From the NCBI GenBank assembly GCA_944390965.1, contig CALXRW010000003.1, positions 1,131 to 65,130 on the forward strand: a DNA stretch of 64,000 nt, read 5' to 3'. The stretch is from an uncultured Clostridia bacterium. Lineage in GTDB: Bacteria > Bacillota > Clostridia > TANB77 > CAG-508. Below are positions 1-9,512 of this stretch, one piece after another. Position 1 is the stretch's first letter. Each line of letters begins with the position of its first letter. The position numbers and the translations under genes are program-made. The notes beneath the pieces were generated by a model, which saw only the letters and a program-made list of their open reading frames with translations, was not told the DNA's origin and did not search any database.

Positions 1-1138
1 ATTGTTAATTAGTTCTATCTTGTACTTATCTAATAATATTTGTAATGACTGTATTAGTTTTGCTTCAACAATTTCTATATTACTACCAACGTTTTCCTTG
101 CAATCTCTACATAATATTCTTACGTCATTTCTATTAGAATATGTTACTCTATGTAAAGTTTTTCCGCATAATCCACATTTTAAAATAGAAGACATTGGGT
201 TCTTTAAACTATAATCAACTTTATTATTATTAATTAGATGACTTTTGCGTATGTTTTGAACTAAATTCCAAGTATTTAAATCTATTATAGCATCATGTAA
301 TCCTTCAACATATATGACATTCTTATTTTCATTTCGTATTCTTATAATTTTTCCATCTACAGCTTTTTTAATTGTTGCTCTATCTGTATATTTAATCTTA
401 CCTATATAAACAGGATTAGTTAAAATATGTGTAATTGTGGATTTAGAAAAGGAAGAACCTCTGCGTGGCTTAAATCCTAACTTATTTAATCTCTCCGATA
501 TATATATTAGACCTTTACCTTCACAATATAGTCTAAATATCAATTTAACCATTTCGGATTCTTTTACATTTATTTTTAAAGAATATCCTTTTTGTCCAGA
601 TAGTTTATATTTATCATATCCGATAAGGAGCTGCCGAAGCTACATGTTTGCCTTCATTTACACTAGACAATATTCCAGAATGCAATCTTTGATTTATTTT
701 TTTATATTCTCTTCTAGACATGAATAATCCAAATTCAAAATATTCTTCATCGTATTCATTATTTGGATCATATGTTTTAAGTGGTGTTATTATTTTAGTA
801 TTAGAAAACTGAAATGCGTTAGATACAATTCCTTGATCTAAAGTATTTCCCCTGGCAAGACGTTCCACTTCAACAACTAATACACCTGTCCACATTCCAT
901 TTTCTACGTCTGTAAGAAGTTGTTGCATAACTGGTCTTGATGCAATAGTTTCTCCAGACACAACTTCCTTATAAAATTTACTTATTTTTATTCCGACAGA
1001 AGAGGCATATTCTTCTAATCTTCTTTGATGTCTTGCAAGAGTTTCTCCCTGACCGTGAGCCTCTGCTTCAGCGTCTTTTCTTGATTTACGTAAGTATGCG
1101 CAAAAATATTCCATATTATTATTTATATTGTCTAACAT
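1..1138 (-). CDS. Large serine recombinase (prophage integrase). The C-terminus lies beyond the window start. An apparent +1 frameshift near 617-622 separates the catalytic domain (614..1138) from the recombinase/Zn-ribbon part (<1..~639, other frame).
   Basis: ORF 614..1138 has the resolvase motif AYLRKSRKD and ends ...APYRI-TGA-TAA. The adjacent frame continues GYDKYKLSGQKGYSLKINV...LKCGLCGKTLHRV...CRDCKEN. Removing one C restores APYGYDKY. Confidence 0.75.
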
Positions 1139-1288
1139 AATAAAAATACCTTCTTTCTAAAATTATATAAATCTCTTGAAAAAAGGTATTTTTTTATGCT
1201 ATAATTTATAACATAAAGAGACCTTGTTTCAAGGACTTTTTAGCGGAATTAGATAAGTGGTTGTGCTGTGCGAAAACTCAAACACTTT

Positions 1289-1843
1289 CTAATTCTTTTT
1301 TGATAAATTTGTATCTAAGTATTCTTTAATTGATGTTTCTATCCAATATTCGTTATGAACTTTTGGATTTTTAAAATCTATTTTAATTAATAAATTTCCT
1401 ATAAAGTTATCAAGATTTGTTAAATCCTCTTGATTACTAAGATTTGCAAAATCTTGTAATTCTAAATAGATATTCCAATTATCTGTAGCAGAGGTAATTG
1501 TTAAATGTATCGTAAAATTTAGTTCTAAATTTATATTTGCAATATATCTTAAGTTATTAAAATCTAATAAATAAAAATTATTAAGCCCCATTAGTTCTTT
1601 ATAACGAATATCCTTCTGCTCGTTTTTTTTCTTGTCAATCTTATTGTGATAATAATAGAGAGAATAAGAAAACAAAAAAAGAAACGCGAAAAAGAATATT
1701 GATTGAGAATTTTTAAAAATAGTTGTGTTAAAAAAGTCATTTAAAAATATGGGCAATTGTTCTATAAGCAGAAAAAAAGAAAATATGCATATAAAACAAG
1801 AAATCGTTAAAATAATTTTATCCATGATTTTTTTCATCATCAA
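1289..1843 (-). CDS. Membrane protein (two N-terminal TM helices plus a ~110-aa soluble domain) in the integrase-repressor slot; a possible superinfection-exclusion or abortive-infection moron.
   Basis: ORF-track 184 aa with the hydrophobic N-terminus ILTISCFICIFSFFLL / FFFAFLFLFSYSLYYY. The position between int and cI supports the call. Confidence 0.4.
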   Translation of the reverse strand: MMMKKIMDKIILTISCFICIFSFFLLIEQLPIFLNDFFNTTIFKNSQSIFFFAFLFLFSYSLYYYHNKIDKKKNEQKDIRYKELMGLNNFYLLDFNNLRYIANINLELNFTIHLTITSATDNWNIYLELQDFANLSNQEDLTNLDNFIGNLLIKIDFKNPKVHNEYWIETSIKEYLDTNLSKKN

Positions 1844-1906
1844 AACTCCCTCTTTAATTGTTTTACAATGCCAGCTATGAGGACTGGTATTGTTTCCATT
1901 TCTTCT

Positions 1907-2491
1907 TTAGTATACATTACAGGTCCGATAAGCAGGATTCAAAGGTTGTAATATAATGCCATTATCTGTTTTTTTAATTTTCTTTAAGGTTCCTTCATCT
2001 CCATTTATAATTACAATAGCAAATTCATTGTTCTCGCAATCATTTTGTTTTCTTACTATCACTATATCTTCTTCTACAAACACAGGAGCCATGCTATCTC
2101 CCTTTACTTTTAAAGCAAAAAAGTCTTTTCCATTACCAACTAGACTAGTCTCCACATCAACTGTACCTATCCAATTTTCTTGTGCTAAATAGTTGTATCC
2201 AGCCTTTACAGAACCAAGAAGCGGAATAGAGACAACGAGGTTTCCGAGAACGTCGGTTTTTAATTCTCTATCCATTGGAACATCTAATCCCATGAGCCAA
2301 GCTTCATTTACATTTAACGCTCGTGCTAATAGATATACGCCATCTTGTTTTGCTTCGTATTTTCCGTTTATATATTCGCTTAAGGATGACTTGGCTATTC
2401 CAGTTTTTTCAGACAATTCTGTTGCTTTTATGTTTCGTATTCTCATAGCAGTATTTAATCTGTTTGAAAATGTGTCAACTAAACCTTCCAT
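1907..2491 (-). CDS. cI/LexA-like phage repressor (XRE HTH plus a C-terminal S24 peptidase domain).
   Basis: The HTH is MRIRNIKATELSEKTGIAKSSLSEYINGK. The C-terminal GDSMAP...VRKQ supplies the Ser/Lys dyad. The start was taken at M17 (MEGLV) because the minus strand reads GGAGGtttaatATG there. Confidence 0.8.
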   Translation of the reverse strand: MEGLVDTFSNRLNTAMRIRNIKATELSEKTGIAKSSLSEYINGKYEAKQDGVYLLARALNVNEAWLMGLDVPMDRELKTDVLGNLVVSIPLLGSVKAGYNYLAQENWIGTVDVETSLVGNGKDFFALKVKGDSMAPVFVEEDIVIVRKQNDCENNEFAIVIINGDEGTLKKIKKTDNGIILQPLNPAYRTCNVY

Positions 2492-2587
2492 ATTAAACCT
2501 CCACATGCTTATTATAAGCGAGTTTCCGAAAAAAATCAATATTTTTATGAAAAAAAGTTAAGAAAATCGAAAATTTTTCAAAAAAGG

Positions 2588-2622
2588 TATTGACACGTAA
2601 AAATAAAAATGATAATATAATT
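2588..2622 (+). promoter_or_regulatory. Sigma-A-like promoter (TTGACA ... TATAAT-like -10) for the cro-side operon in the divergent switch region (approximate).
   Basis: The sequence ttgacacgtaaaaataaaaatgataatataat lies upstream of ORF 2661. Confidence 0.35.
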
Positions 2623-2660
2623 ACAGTTCGAGAACACGAACACGAGAAAGGAGGCTTCAA

Positions 2661-2903
2661 ATGGAAAACATAGAGTTAAATCACGACAAGTTGAAAGGTA
2701 AAATAAAAGAAGTATTAGGAACACAAAGTAGGCTCGCTGAGGAATTAGATTTAGATGAAACAACTATAAGTAATAAATTAAACAGTAATACTTATTTTAC
2801 ACAAAAAGAAATTCTAAAGATATGCTCTATTTTAAATATTACAACAGATAAAATTCCTGAATATTTTTTTAAAGAGAAAGTTCGAGAAGGCGAACAAAAA
2901 TAA
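2661..2903 (+). CDS. Cro-like XRE-family HTH regulator.
   Basis: 80 aa with the HTH LGTQSRLAEELDLDETTISNKLN. The RBS is gaaaggagg. The gene is divergent from the repressor. Confidence 0.6.
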   Translation: MENIELNHDKLKGKIKEVLGTQSRLAEELDLDETTISNKLNSNTYFTQKEILKICSILNITTDKIPEYFFKEKVREGEQK

Positions 2904-2941
2904 GCACAGCACAACCCAAGAGAGAGGAGATGAGGAAATGA

Positions 2942-3124
2942 GTGAATAATATAAAAGAATTTAGAAAAAAGAAAAAAATATCTCAGAGTGATATATCAAA
3001 AATGTTAGGAATAAAGCAAAATACATTTTCACAATGGGAAACAGGAGAAAGAAAACCTAATGTAATACAAGGAATAAAATTAGCAGAAATATTGGATACA
3101 ACAGTAGAAAGTTTATATAAATAG
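2942..3124 (+). CDS. Second XRE-family HTH protein.
   Basis: 60 aa with ISQSDISKMLGIKQNTFSQWETGERKP, a canonical HTH_XRE. It has a GTG start preceded by ggagatgagga. Confidence 0.55.
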   Translation: MNNIKEFRKKKKISQSDISKMLGIKQNTFSQWETGERKPNVIQGIKLAEILDTTVESLYK

Positions 3125-3765
3125 AAAATACTAACCAAAGTGTCAGTTTGATTAGTAAATTCCCACATTTATATATTTTAAACTCTTGCAATAAGTTTAT
3201 TAAAAGCAGTTTAATGACTTGCAGGTTACATAGTTTAAACGACATATAAGGTCTAATATTAACAAACTTGTATTATATCTGACACATATAATTTCTATGA
3301 AAGCTCTAGTACTTAATCAGTTGTGGTTCTGATATATGTAAATGTTTTATTACCCCATAGCCACTAGAATTTTGAATTTTAAGCTTCTACCAGCTGAAAT
3401 CTATAATCTCTCATTATAGATAACATCAATCTTTAAAAAGCAGGGTAAACTCAATATTTTTGTCAACATACATCAGTCCTTTCGTAATTAAATTTACCCA
3501 TTTAGGGTTTAACATACTTATATCACAAATAGAGATAAATGTAAATAAGAAAGGAGGACAAACAATGTGAATACATTAATAAAGAGGTGGCTTTATGATA
3601 GTAAAAGAATTTAACTTAGGAAACACAAAAATAGAAGTAGATAATACATATCTAGCAAAAACAGAAGAAGAAAAACAAGACGTTTACAAACGATTTAATA
3701 AAATAGCATGTGAAATTTTATATAAATAAATTTTCTTATGATTATTAGAAAGGAGAGATGTACAA

Positions 3766-3891
3766 ATGAACAATAAAAAGCGAGTACAAAAAGTGGACAA
3801 GCTGATTTATAAAATCATAGCAGGAACACTACTAAGTTTAACTTACGGAATGCTACTAGCGTACGGTTTATTCCAATATTGCATGAGATAA
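3766..3891 (+). CDS. Small membrane protein of 41 aa (approximate coordinates; not in the ORF track).
   Basis: aaaggagagatgtacaaATG, then MNNKKRVQKVDKLIYKIIAGTLLSLTYGMLLAYGLFQYCMR. Confidence 0.25.
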   Translation: MNNKKRVQKVDKLIYKIIAGTLLSLTYGMLLAYGLFQYCMR

Positions 3892-4019
3892 AGGAGGGAA
3901 AGAGATGGAAGAGATTAAAAAAGAATTAACAGAAATAATAAAAGAGCAATTAGAACAGTGTAAAGAAAATAAGAAAGTACCAAGTAAGGAAGTACTTGAT
4001 ACTATACAAACTTTAAATG

Positions 4020-4175
4020 CTATTTCTCATCTTTGATAGGTTTATTAAGCTTTTTAGAAATATTGTTTAGTTGAATAGCAATTTGGGAGATTGCACAACT
4101 ACCACCAATATTTAATTGACACGAGCCAGAGCAAGGGGCTTGAAACCCATTATCATAGTGAAATGGACAAGTCAT
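4020..4175 (-). CDS. Antisense-oriented Cys-rich small ORF of ~51 aa (approximate).
   Basis: The minus strand reads GTGAGGTG-n7-ATG, then MTCPFHYDNGFQAPCSGSCQLNIGGSCAISQIAIQLNN... It is convergent with a small plus-strand ORF. Confidence 0.2.
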   Translation of the reverse strand: MTCPFHYDNGFQAPCSGSCQLNIGGSCAISQIAIQLNNISKKLNKPIKDEK

Positions 4176-4262
4176 AGAATAACACCTCACTTTCAACAAA
4201 TCTTTCTTATGTATGAGGTGATTATATAAAAATTAACAAAAAATGTAAAGGAGGGAAGAAGA

Positions 4263-4511
4263 ATGATAACAGTAATTTTAGTAGTGCTATTAATAGTATG
4301 TTTAATTTTAGCTGTAGTAAATTTCTTCAAATTAGAAGATTTACAAGAAAGATGTATAGACACAGAACAAAGAACTGTGGCACATTTTAGGAAATTAATA
4401 GCTATAGAAAGAGAAATTAGATGTTACAAAATGGGCAAGAACCCATATTCAACATTGCGAGACATAGAAAAAGTTATCTATCCAGACCGCAAATCAGAAA
4501 TAGATAACTAA
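4263..4511 (+). CDS. Hypothetical membrane-anchored protein.
   Basis: ORF track. N-terminal TM helix VILVVLLIVCLILAVVNFF. RBS aaggaggg. Confidence 0.4.
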   Translation: MITVILVVLLIVCLILAVVNFFKLEDLQERCIDTEQRTVAHFRKLIAIEREIRCYKMGKNPYSTLRDIEKVIYPDRKSEIDN

Positions 4512-4582
4512 TAAAACATAAATATATGCAATTCTGTATTTATATTAACACAAATACAGATAAATTGCAAGAGGGAGGAAGA

Positions 4583-5332
4583 ATGGATAATAATGCACTT
4601 ATAATAAAAGTTTTTAAAATTGATTATAGTTTTATAATTAAAAATTATTTAGAGCCTAAATTGTGGCAAAAGAGATGGAACTTGCTTACATATAAAAATT
4701 ATATTTTTACATTAAGAATGAGTTCTATAGATGTGCAAGACGAGAAAGTGAACTTTTATGTAAGATTGGAGGATACACAAAATACAACAGATTACAGAGA
4801 TGATTGGAATGACTACTCAGGCGAGAATTATGCAGAAGGATTTGTACAGTATAGTTTAAAAATCAATGATAGTTCATTTCTAGAAAAGATGATTGATACA
4901 GCAATGTTTAAATGCATAGAAAAGCTAGAAAGAAAGAAGATCATGGGGTTAAAAGAATATCAAGAGCTTAGAGCTGGAGAAAAGCTTGAAGAGGAGACAC
5001 TTACTGGAATAGCGGAAGATTTTTTAGATGCTAACAGCGTAAAAAATGAGGATATCAGAAATGCTTATATTGATGTGTTTGTAGAAAACAACAAAAAAAT
5101 AGAAAGTAGATTAGCAGAATACAGAGAATTAAAGCATTATAACGAATTGACAGATTTATATTTATTGTTTGCAAATATTAATAAAAACGAAAAATTGATA
5201 GAAGCGATAAAAGAGAACATTTTAGATTATGAAGAATTAAGAGCTCTAGATAAAGAAATAAATGAATATATAAAAAACTTAGAAACTGAAGAGTTTTATG
5301 AAGAAATGCAAGAAAATTTGGAGGAAGTATAG
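4583..5332 (+). CDS. Hypothetical phage early protein.
   Basis: ORF track. The start was moved to M20 behind GGAGGGAGG. Confidence 0.45.
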   Translation: MDNNALIIKVFKIDYSFIIKNYLEPKLWQKRWNLLTYKNYIFTLRMSSIDVQDEKVNFYVRLEDTQNTTDYRDDWNDYSGENYAEGFVQYSLKINDSSFLEKMIDTAMFKCIEKLERKKIMGLKEYQELRAGEKLEEETLTGIAEDFLDANSVKNEDIRNAYIDVFVENNKKIESRLAEYRELKHYNELTDLYLLFANINKNEKLIEAIKENILDYEELRALDKEINEYIKNLETEEFYEEMQENLEEV

Positions 5333-5524
5333 ATGAATAAATTATTTTATAACATAAATGGAAATACTTACTATGTTTTGTTTGGAGAAAAAGGCCAAAA
5401 GTCGTTTTTATGCAATGTAGACCAAGAGCAATATGTTATATGTCAGATGCTAGAAGAGAGCAGTTGGTGGCAAGGAAGCTATTTTAATAATTTTGAGGAG
5501 GCATATAAAGAATGGAACCACTAA
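5333..5524 (+). CDS. Hypothetical protein.
   Basis: ORF track. Its start overlaps the stop of the upstream gene. Confidence 0.35.
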   Translation: MNKLFYNINGNTYYVLFGEKGQKSFLCNVDQEQYVICQMLEESSWWQGSYFNNFEEAYKEWNH

Positions 5525-5638
5525 ATAATTATATGGTAATGCCACGTCATAATTATGGTATGACAGAAGACGAGATAGAAGAATACTACAAACGTATATC
5601 AGAAAAGGAAAATATGTTGTGGGAGGAGAGAGTTTTAG

Positions 5639-6406
5639 ATGAATAATCAGGAGTTAGTAGAAGTAAATACAAACGAATTAGATACAGAAATTAGTATGCT
5701 TAGCAATGATAATTTATTAGCAATGGCAGAGCAAGCAGAGAGAAGAATAGAAGCGATTAATAGAATAATGAGTGCATCTTTAAAGATAACAAATGAAAAA
5801 GATTGGATTTTAATTGCCGGAGTACCATACTTACAAGAAACAGGAGCTACAAAGGTAGCAAGATTATTTGGAATAGGTTGGAGTATAGAAAACCCAATAT
5901 GTGAAACAGAGACAGATGGACATTTTACATTTACATACAAAGGTAAATTCTTTATGGGAGGGACAAGCATTGAAGCAACTGGAAGTAGAAGCAGTAAAGA
6001 TGATTTCTTTACAGGCAAAAACAATCCAAAAGCACCTCAAGACATAGACAAGAGAGATGTAAAAATGTCAGCTTATACAAATTGTATAAACAATGGAATT
6101 AAAAGAATTTTGCCTGGACTTAGGAATTTAACTGTAGATGACATGAAAAAAGCTGGATTAGATTGCGGAAAAATGAAAGGCTATGGATTTAAAGGAGATA
6201 GCAAAAATGCTAACACAGTTGCAAATGGTGATTTCAAGTGTGAACACTGTGGAGCCAATATTACATCTCAGGAAGCTAGTTATAGTAAAGCTAATTATCA
6301 AAAAGAATTGTGTAGAAAATGTCAGGGTCTTGCTAAGAAAGGAGAACTAAATGAAAATACAGGAAATGAACAACAAAATCAGGGAGAACAAGCAAAACAA
6401 AATTAA
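5639..6406 (+). CDS. Putative phage recombination/annealing protein with a C-terminal CxxC...CxxC zinc ribbon.
   Basis: It sits immediately upstream of, and overlapping, the Cas4-like exonuclease. It has an N-terminal coiled coil, and the C-terminus is FKCEHCGAN...CRKCQG. No family could be assigned. Confidence 0.35.
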   Translation: MNNQELVEVNTNELDTEISMLSNDNLLAMAEQAERRIEAINRIMSASLKITNEKDWILIAGVPYLQETGATKVARLFGIGWSIENPICETETDGHFTFTYKGKFFMGGTSIEATGSRSSKDDFFTGKNNPKAPQDIDKRDVKMSAYTNCINNGIKRILPGLRNLTVDDMKKAGLDCGKMKGYGFKGDSKNANTVANGDFKCEHCGANITSQEASYSKANYQKELCRKCQGLAKKGELNENTGNEQQNQGEQAKQN

Positions 6407-7268
6407 GCTTTATCCTTGCAATAATTTAAGAGCTTCAAATGTGGGACATCCTTGTGAAAGGTATTTGTATTTATCTATAAAAAATTGGGAAGATAAGAAA
6501 CTACATAACGAAACAACACAATGTATTTTTGATTTAGGAAATAAGTTGGAAGAATATGTTATAGAGACTCTAAAAGATTCGGGTTTTGAAGTAATAACGC
6601 CAACTGTGAGGGCATGGAAGGTAGATAAGCCACTTATAACTGGTAGAGAAGATTTAAGAATAAAACTAGAAGATGGACAATTTTATCCAGTAGAAGTTAA
6701 AGGGCTAGCACCACAAGAATGGGACAAGCTAAATTCCGTACAAGACTTTTTAAATAGTAAAAAATATTATGTAAGAGCATATCCAGCACAACTATATATC
6801 TATATGTATCGATTTGGAAAAGAAAAAGGCTATTTTGCTTTGTGTAATAAGTTAACAGGAGAAATAAAACTAATAGAAGTTCCATTTGACTATGAGTATG
6901 CAGAAAAAATATTACAGAAAGCAGAACGAATATATAAATGTATAGAAAAAGGCGAACTACCACAAAGTTGCGACGATATTAGTGTTTGCGAATATTGTGA
7001 TTTGGCACATGTATGCACAGCAAATATAAAAAGAGTGGAGACAGATGTGGACACAACTGGAGAACTGGATGAACTAATAGACAGAAAACAAGAATTAGCA
7101 CCAGCATACAGAGAATATTCAGAATTAAATGACAAGATAAAAAAAGCAGTTGGAGAACGAGAGAAAATACTAAGCAACAAATATCTTTTCGAAAGAAAAG
7201 TTATACATAAGGAAGGATATACAGTAGCTCCAAGGGATGAAATAAGAATAAATGTAAAGAGGTTGTAA
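6351..7268 (+). CDS. PD-(D/E)XK Cas4/RecB-like exonuclease with a C-terminal Cys cluster.
   Basis: EDLRIKLEDGQFYPVEVKG supplies the D...EVK motif. The C-terminus is QSCDDISVCEYCDLAHVC. It overlaps the upstream gene by 56 nt. Confidence 0.6.
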   Translation: MKIQEMNNKIRENKQNKIKLYPCNNLRASNVGHPCERYLYLSIKNWEDKKLHNETTQCIFDLGNKLEEYVIETLKDSGFEVITPTVRAWKVDKPLITGREDLRIKLEDGQFYPVEVKGLAPQEWDKLNSVQDFLNSKKYYVRAYPAQLYIYMYRFGKEKGYFALCNKLTGEIKLIEVPFDYEYAEKILQKAERIYKCIEKGELPQSCDDISVCEYCDLAHVCTANIKRVETDVDTTGELDELIDRKQELAPAYREYSELNDKIKKAVGEREKILSNKYLFERKVIHKEGYTVAPRDEIRINVKRL

Positions 7269-7586
7269 ATGAAAAGTCAGTTTGAAGAATATGTAAAAGA
7301 AGATTGTGAACAGTTTAACGAGATATGCAAATATTACGAAAACAAAATTCCAGAGGATATAGATACTCTATATAATTTGACAACTAAATGCTTAATGCTA
7401 TCTCAAAGATGGTCAGATATAGCAAGTAATTCAAGTTTGTATGCTAAAAAATACGGAATTTCTAAAACGGACTTCCAACAATGGGCATACCAAAGATATA
7501 GAACGCTACAAGAAATGCACGTAGATTGTAGAGTGTTTCATGGAGATGCTAGAGATGACCTGAAGAATTTTGGGAGAGTGGGATAG
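7269..7586 (+). CDS. Hypothetical protein.
   Basis: ORF track. It is tightly packed in the early operon. Confidence 0.35.
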   Translation: MKSQFEEYVKEDCEQFNEICKYYENKIPEDIDTLYNLTTKCLMLSQRWSDIASNSSLYAKKYGISKTDFQQWAYQRYRTLQEMHVDCRVFHGDARDDLKNFGRVG

Positions 7587-7886
7587 ATGAAAAAAGAATT
7601 TTGTATTATGCCCAAAAGTCCATATTACGCAATAGAACGATTTTACGGAAGTGAGAGACACGAAGTATTTGAAGGCAGAACGAGTAATAGAGAAAAATCA
7701 ATAAAAGATGGGCTAGTAATATTCTTATCTCCAGATCAACACAGAAACAGTAAAACATCTATACATCAAGACCCAAGAAATCCCAAATGGGTGGAAGTAA
7801 AGAAAATAGCACAAAAGCGATGGCAAGAATATTACAGCAAAACAACAGAAGATTTTATAAAAAGATATGGAAAATCATACATCTAG
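7587..7886 (+). CDS. Hypothetical protein.
   Basis: ORF track. Confidence 0.35.
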   Translation: MKKEFCIMPKSPYYAIERFYGSERHEVFEGRTSNREKSIKDGLVIFLSPDQHRNSKTSIHQDPRNPKWVEVKKIAQKRWQEYYSKTTEDFIKRYGKSYI

Positions 7887-7935
7887 GGCTAAGACCAAAA
7901 GAGTTTTAGCCCTTTTTACGAAAGGAGAAAGCAAA

Positions 7936-8277
7936 ATGGACAAAAGCAGTTTCTTAATATATTTAGATTATCAAGAACAATTTGACTTGCTTACAGACGA
8001 AGAAGCAGGAAGATTAATAAAAGCAATAATAAAGTATGAAAAAACAGGCGAAATACCAAGACTAGATGGAATGTTAAAAATGGCTTTCTCTTTTATAAAA
8101 ACACAATTAGACAGAGATAGAGAAAAATGGAAAGAAGAGAAACAAAAAAGAAGTGAAGCAGGTAAAAGAGGCATGGCTAAAAGGTGGAATAGTAATGTTA
8201 TAACAAAAGATAACAAAGATAACAGTGTTAAAAATGATATAACACGGCATAACAAAAATAACTGTAGATGTAGATGA
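7936..8277 (+). CDS. Phage replisome organiser, N-terminal part (Lin1244-like N-domain).
   Basis: MDKSSFLIYLDYQEQFDLLTDEEAGRLIKAIIKY. It terminates NKNNCRCR* directly after an A5 run. Confidence 0.5.
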   Translation: MDKSSFLIYLDYQEQFDLLTDEEAGRLIKAIIKYEKTGEIPRLDGMLKMAFSFIKTQLDRDREKWKEEKQKRSEAGKRGMAKRWNSNVITKDNKDNSVKNDITRHNKNNCRCR

Positions 8278-8656
8278 TAATGTAGATGTTAATGTAAATG
8301 AAGATGTATTAAAAAAAGAAAAAAATAAAAAAAGAAAAAGTTTCGAAGATGTTTTTAGAGAAAAAAACGTCTCTGATGAATTTAAAAAAATTATAAGCGA
8401 TTTTATAGATATGCGTAAAACTATAAAAAAACCAATGACTAGTAGAGCGGTTGAACTGTTAATAGATAAAATAAGAAAAATGAGCAACGAAGAAAGTCAG
8501 CAAATAGCAATGTTGAATCAGTCGATTGAGAGAGGATGGCAGACAGTATATCCGTTAAAGGAGGTTGAAGATGGAAAGAATATGGGAAATATTAAAGAAC
8601 CAGTATATTCAAGGGGAGGATTTAAAGACAGATCAAATATTTTTATGGGCAAATGA
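8243..8656 (+). CDS. Phage replisome organiser, C-terminal (Phg_2220_C/DnaD-like) part. It is open in the +1 frame with no start until 8411.
   Basis: The frame reads ...FEDVFREKNVSDEFKKIISDFIDMRKTIKKPMTSRAVELLIDKIRKMS. Removing one A at 8254-8258 fuses it to the upstream ORF. Confidence 0.45.
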   Translation, partial: HGITKITVDVDDNVDVNVNEDVLKKEKNKKRKSFEDVFREKNVSDEFKKIISDFIDMRKTIKKPMTSRAVELLIDKIRKMSNEESQQIAMLNQSIERGWQTVYPLKEVEDGKNMGNIKEPVYSRGGFKDRSNIFMGK

Positions 8657-9497
8657 TGAAGCTTTAAAAGAATATGAGCATGAAGAACCACCGAAAGCTT
8701 TAAAATGTGAGTTTTGTGGTAAAAGTTTATATTACAGAGGATTGAAACACCCTTTTAAACCCAAAACAATCTGGACATGGGTAAAACCAGAGAATTGTGA
8801 CTGCGAAAAAAGTGTTAAATACAAGGAAGAGCAAGAAAGATTAATGTTAGAGAAACAGAGAAAAGAGCAAGAAGAACACAGGAAAAGAGAAGAAAAAGCG
8901 AAAATAGATAGACTTTTCGAAATGAGTAAAATGGGAGAAAGATTTAAGACAAGAACATTTGACAATTTTATAGTAAATTCAGAAAATAAAAAATCTTTAG
9001 AAATAGCTAAAGGTTTTGTAGAAAATTTCGAACAAGCAAAAGCTAGTGGATTAGGAATAATGTTTGTTGGAAATTATGGTGCAGGCAAAACGCATTTGGC
9101 TTGTGGGATAGCAATAGAGCTTATAAAAAAAGGCATACCTGTAATCTATGGAACAGCAATAACTTTGCTATTTAAAATAAAACAAACATATGGAGAAGAA
9201 GTAAAAACAAGTGAATGGGATTTACTGGATTTATATTCAACGGTGGACTTATTGATAATAGACGATTTAGGAAAGGAAAAGCCAAGTGAATGGGTATTAG
9301 AAAAATTATATCACATAATTAATCAGAGATACGAGAATTTAAAGCCAACTATAATAACTACCAACTATGACGATGTGACATTAATAAATAGATTATCAAC
9401 TGCCAGCAATAGCAGTACAGCAGAAGCGATAGTAAGTAGACTAAATGAGATGTGTACAGGAGTTTATATGAATTTTGAGGATCATAGGAAGATGTAA
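8571..9497 (+). CDS. DnaC/IstB-like AAA+ helicase loader.
   Basis: Walker A is GNYGAGKTHLA and Walker B is LLIIDDLG. The start was taken at the ATG behind aaaggagg. Confidence 0.85.
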   Translation: MERIWEILKNQYIQGEDLKTDQIFLWANDEALKEYEHEEPPKALKCEFCGKSLYYRGLKHPFKPKTIWTWVKPENCDCEKSVKYKEEQERLMLEKQRKEQEEHRKREEKAKIDRLFEMSKMGERFKTRTFDNFIVNSENKKSLEIAKGFVENFEQAKASGLGIMFVGNYGAGKTHLACGIAIELIKKGIPVIYGTAITLLFKIKQTYGEEVKTSEWDLLDLYSTVDLLIIDDLGKEKPSEWVLEKLYHIINQRYENLKPTIITTNYDDVTLINRLSTASNSSTAEAIVSRLNEMCTGVYMNFEDHRKM

Positions 9498-9512
9498 GAA
9501 AGGAGATAACAG

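Noticed and set aside
1956-2561. Two plus-strand ORFs (78 and 122 aa) inside the repressor gene.
   Set aside because: They are antisense shadow ORFs of a well-supported minus-strand cI/LexA-like gene, with low-complexity translations.
5647-7180. Minus-strand ORFs 5647..6024, 6697..6963 and 6890..7180.
   Set aside because: They lie within strongly supported plus-strand genes, and their translations are hydrophobic low-complexity sequence typical of AT-rich antisense frames.
8107-8487. Minus-strand 126-aa ORF.
   Set aside because: It is antisense to the replisome organiser and is S/F/L-rich low-complexity sequence.
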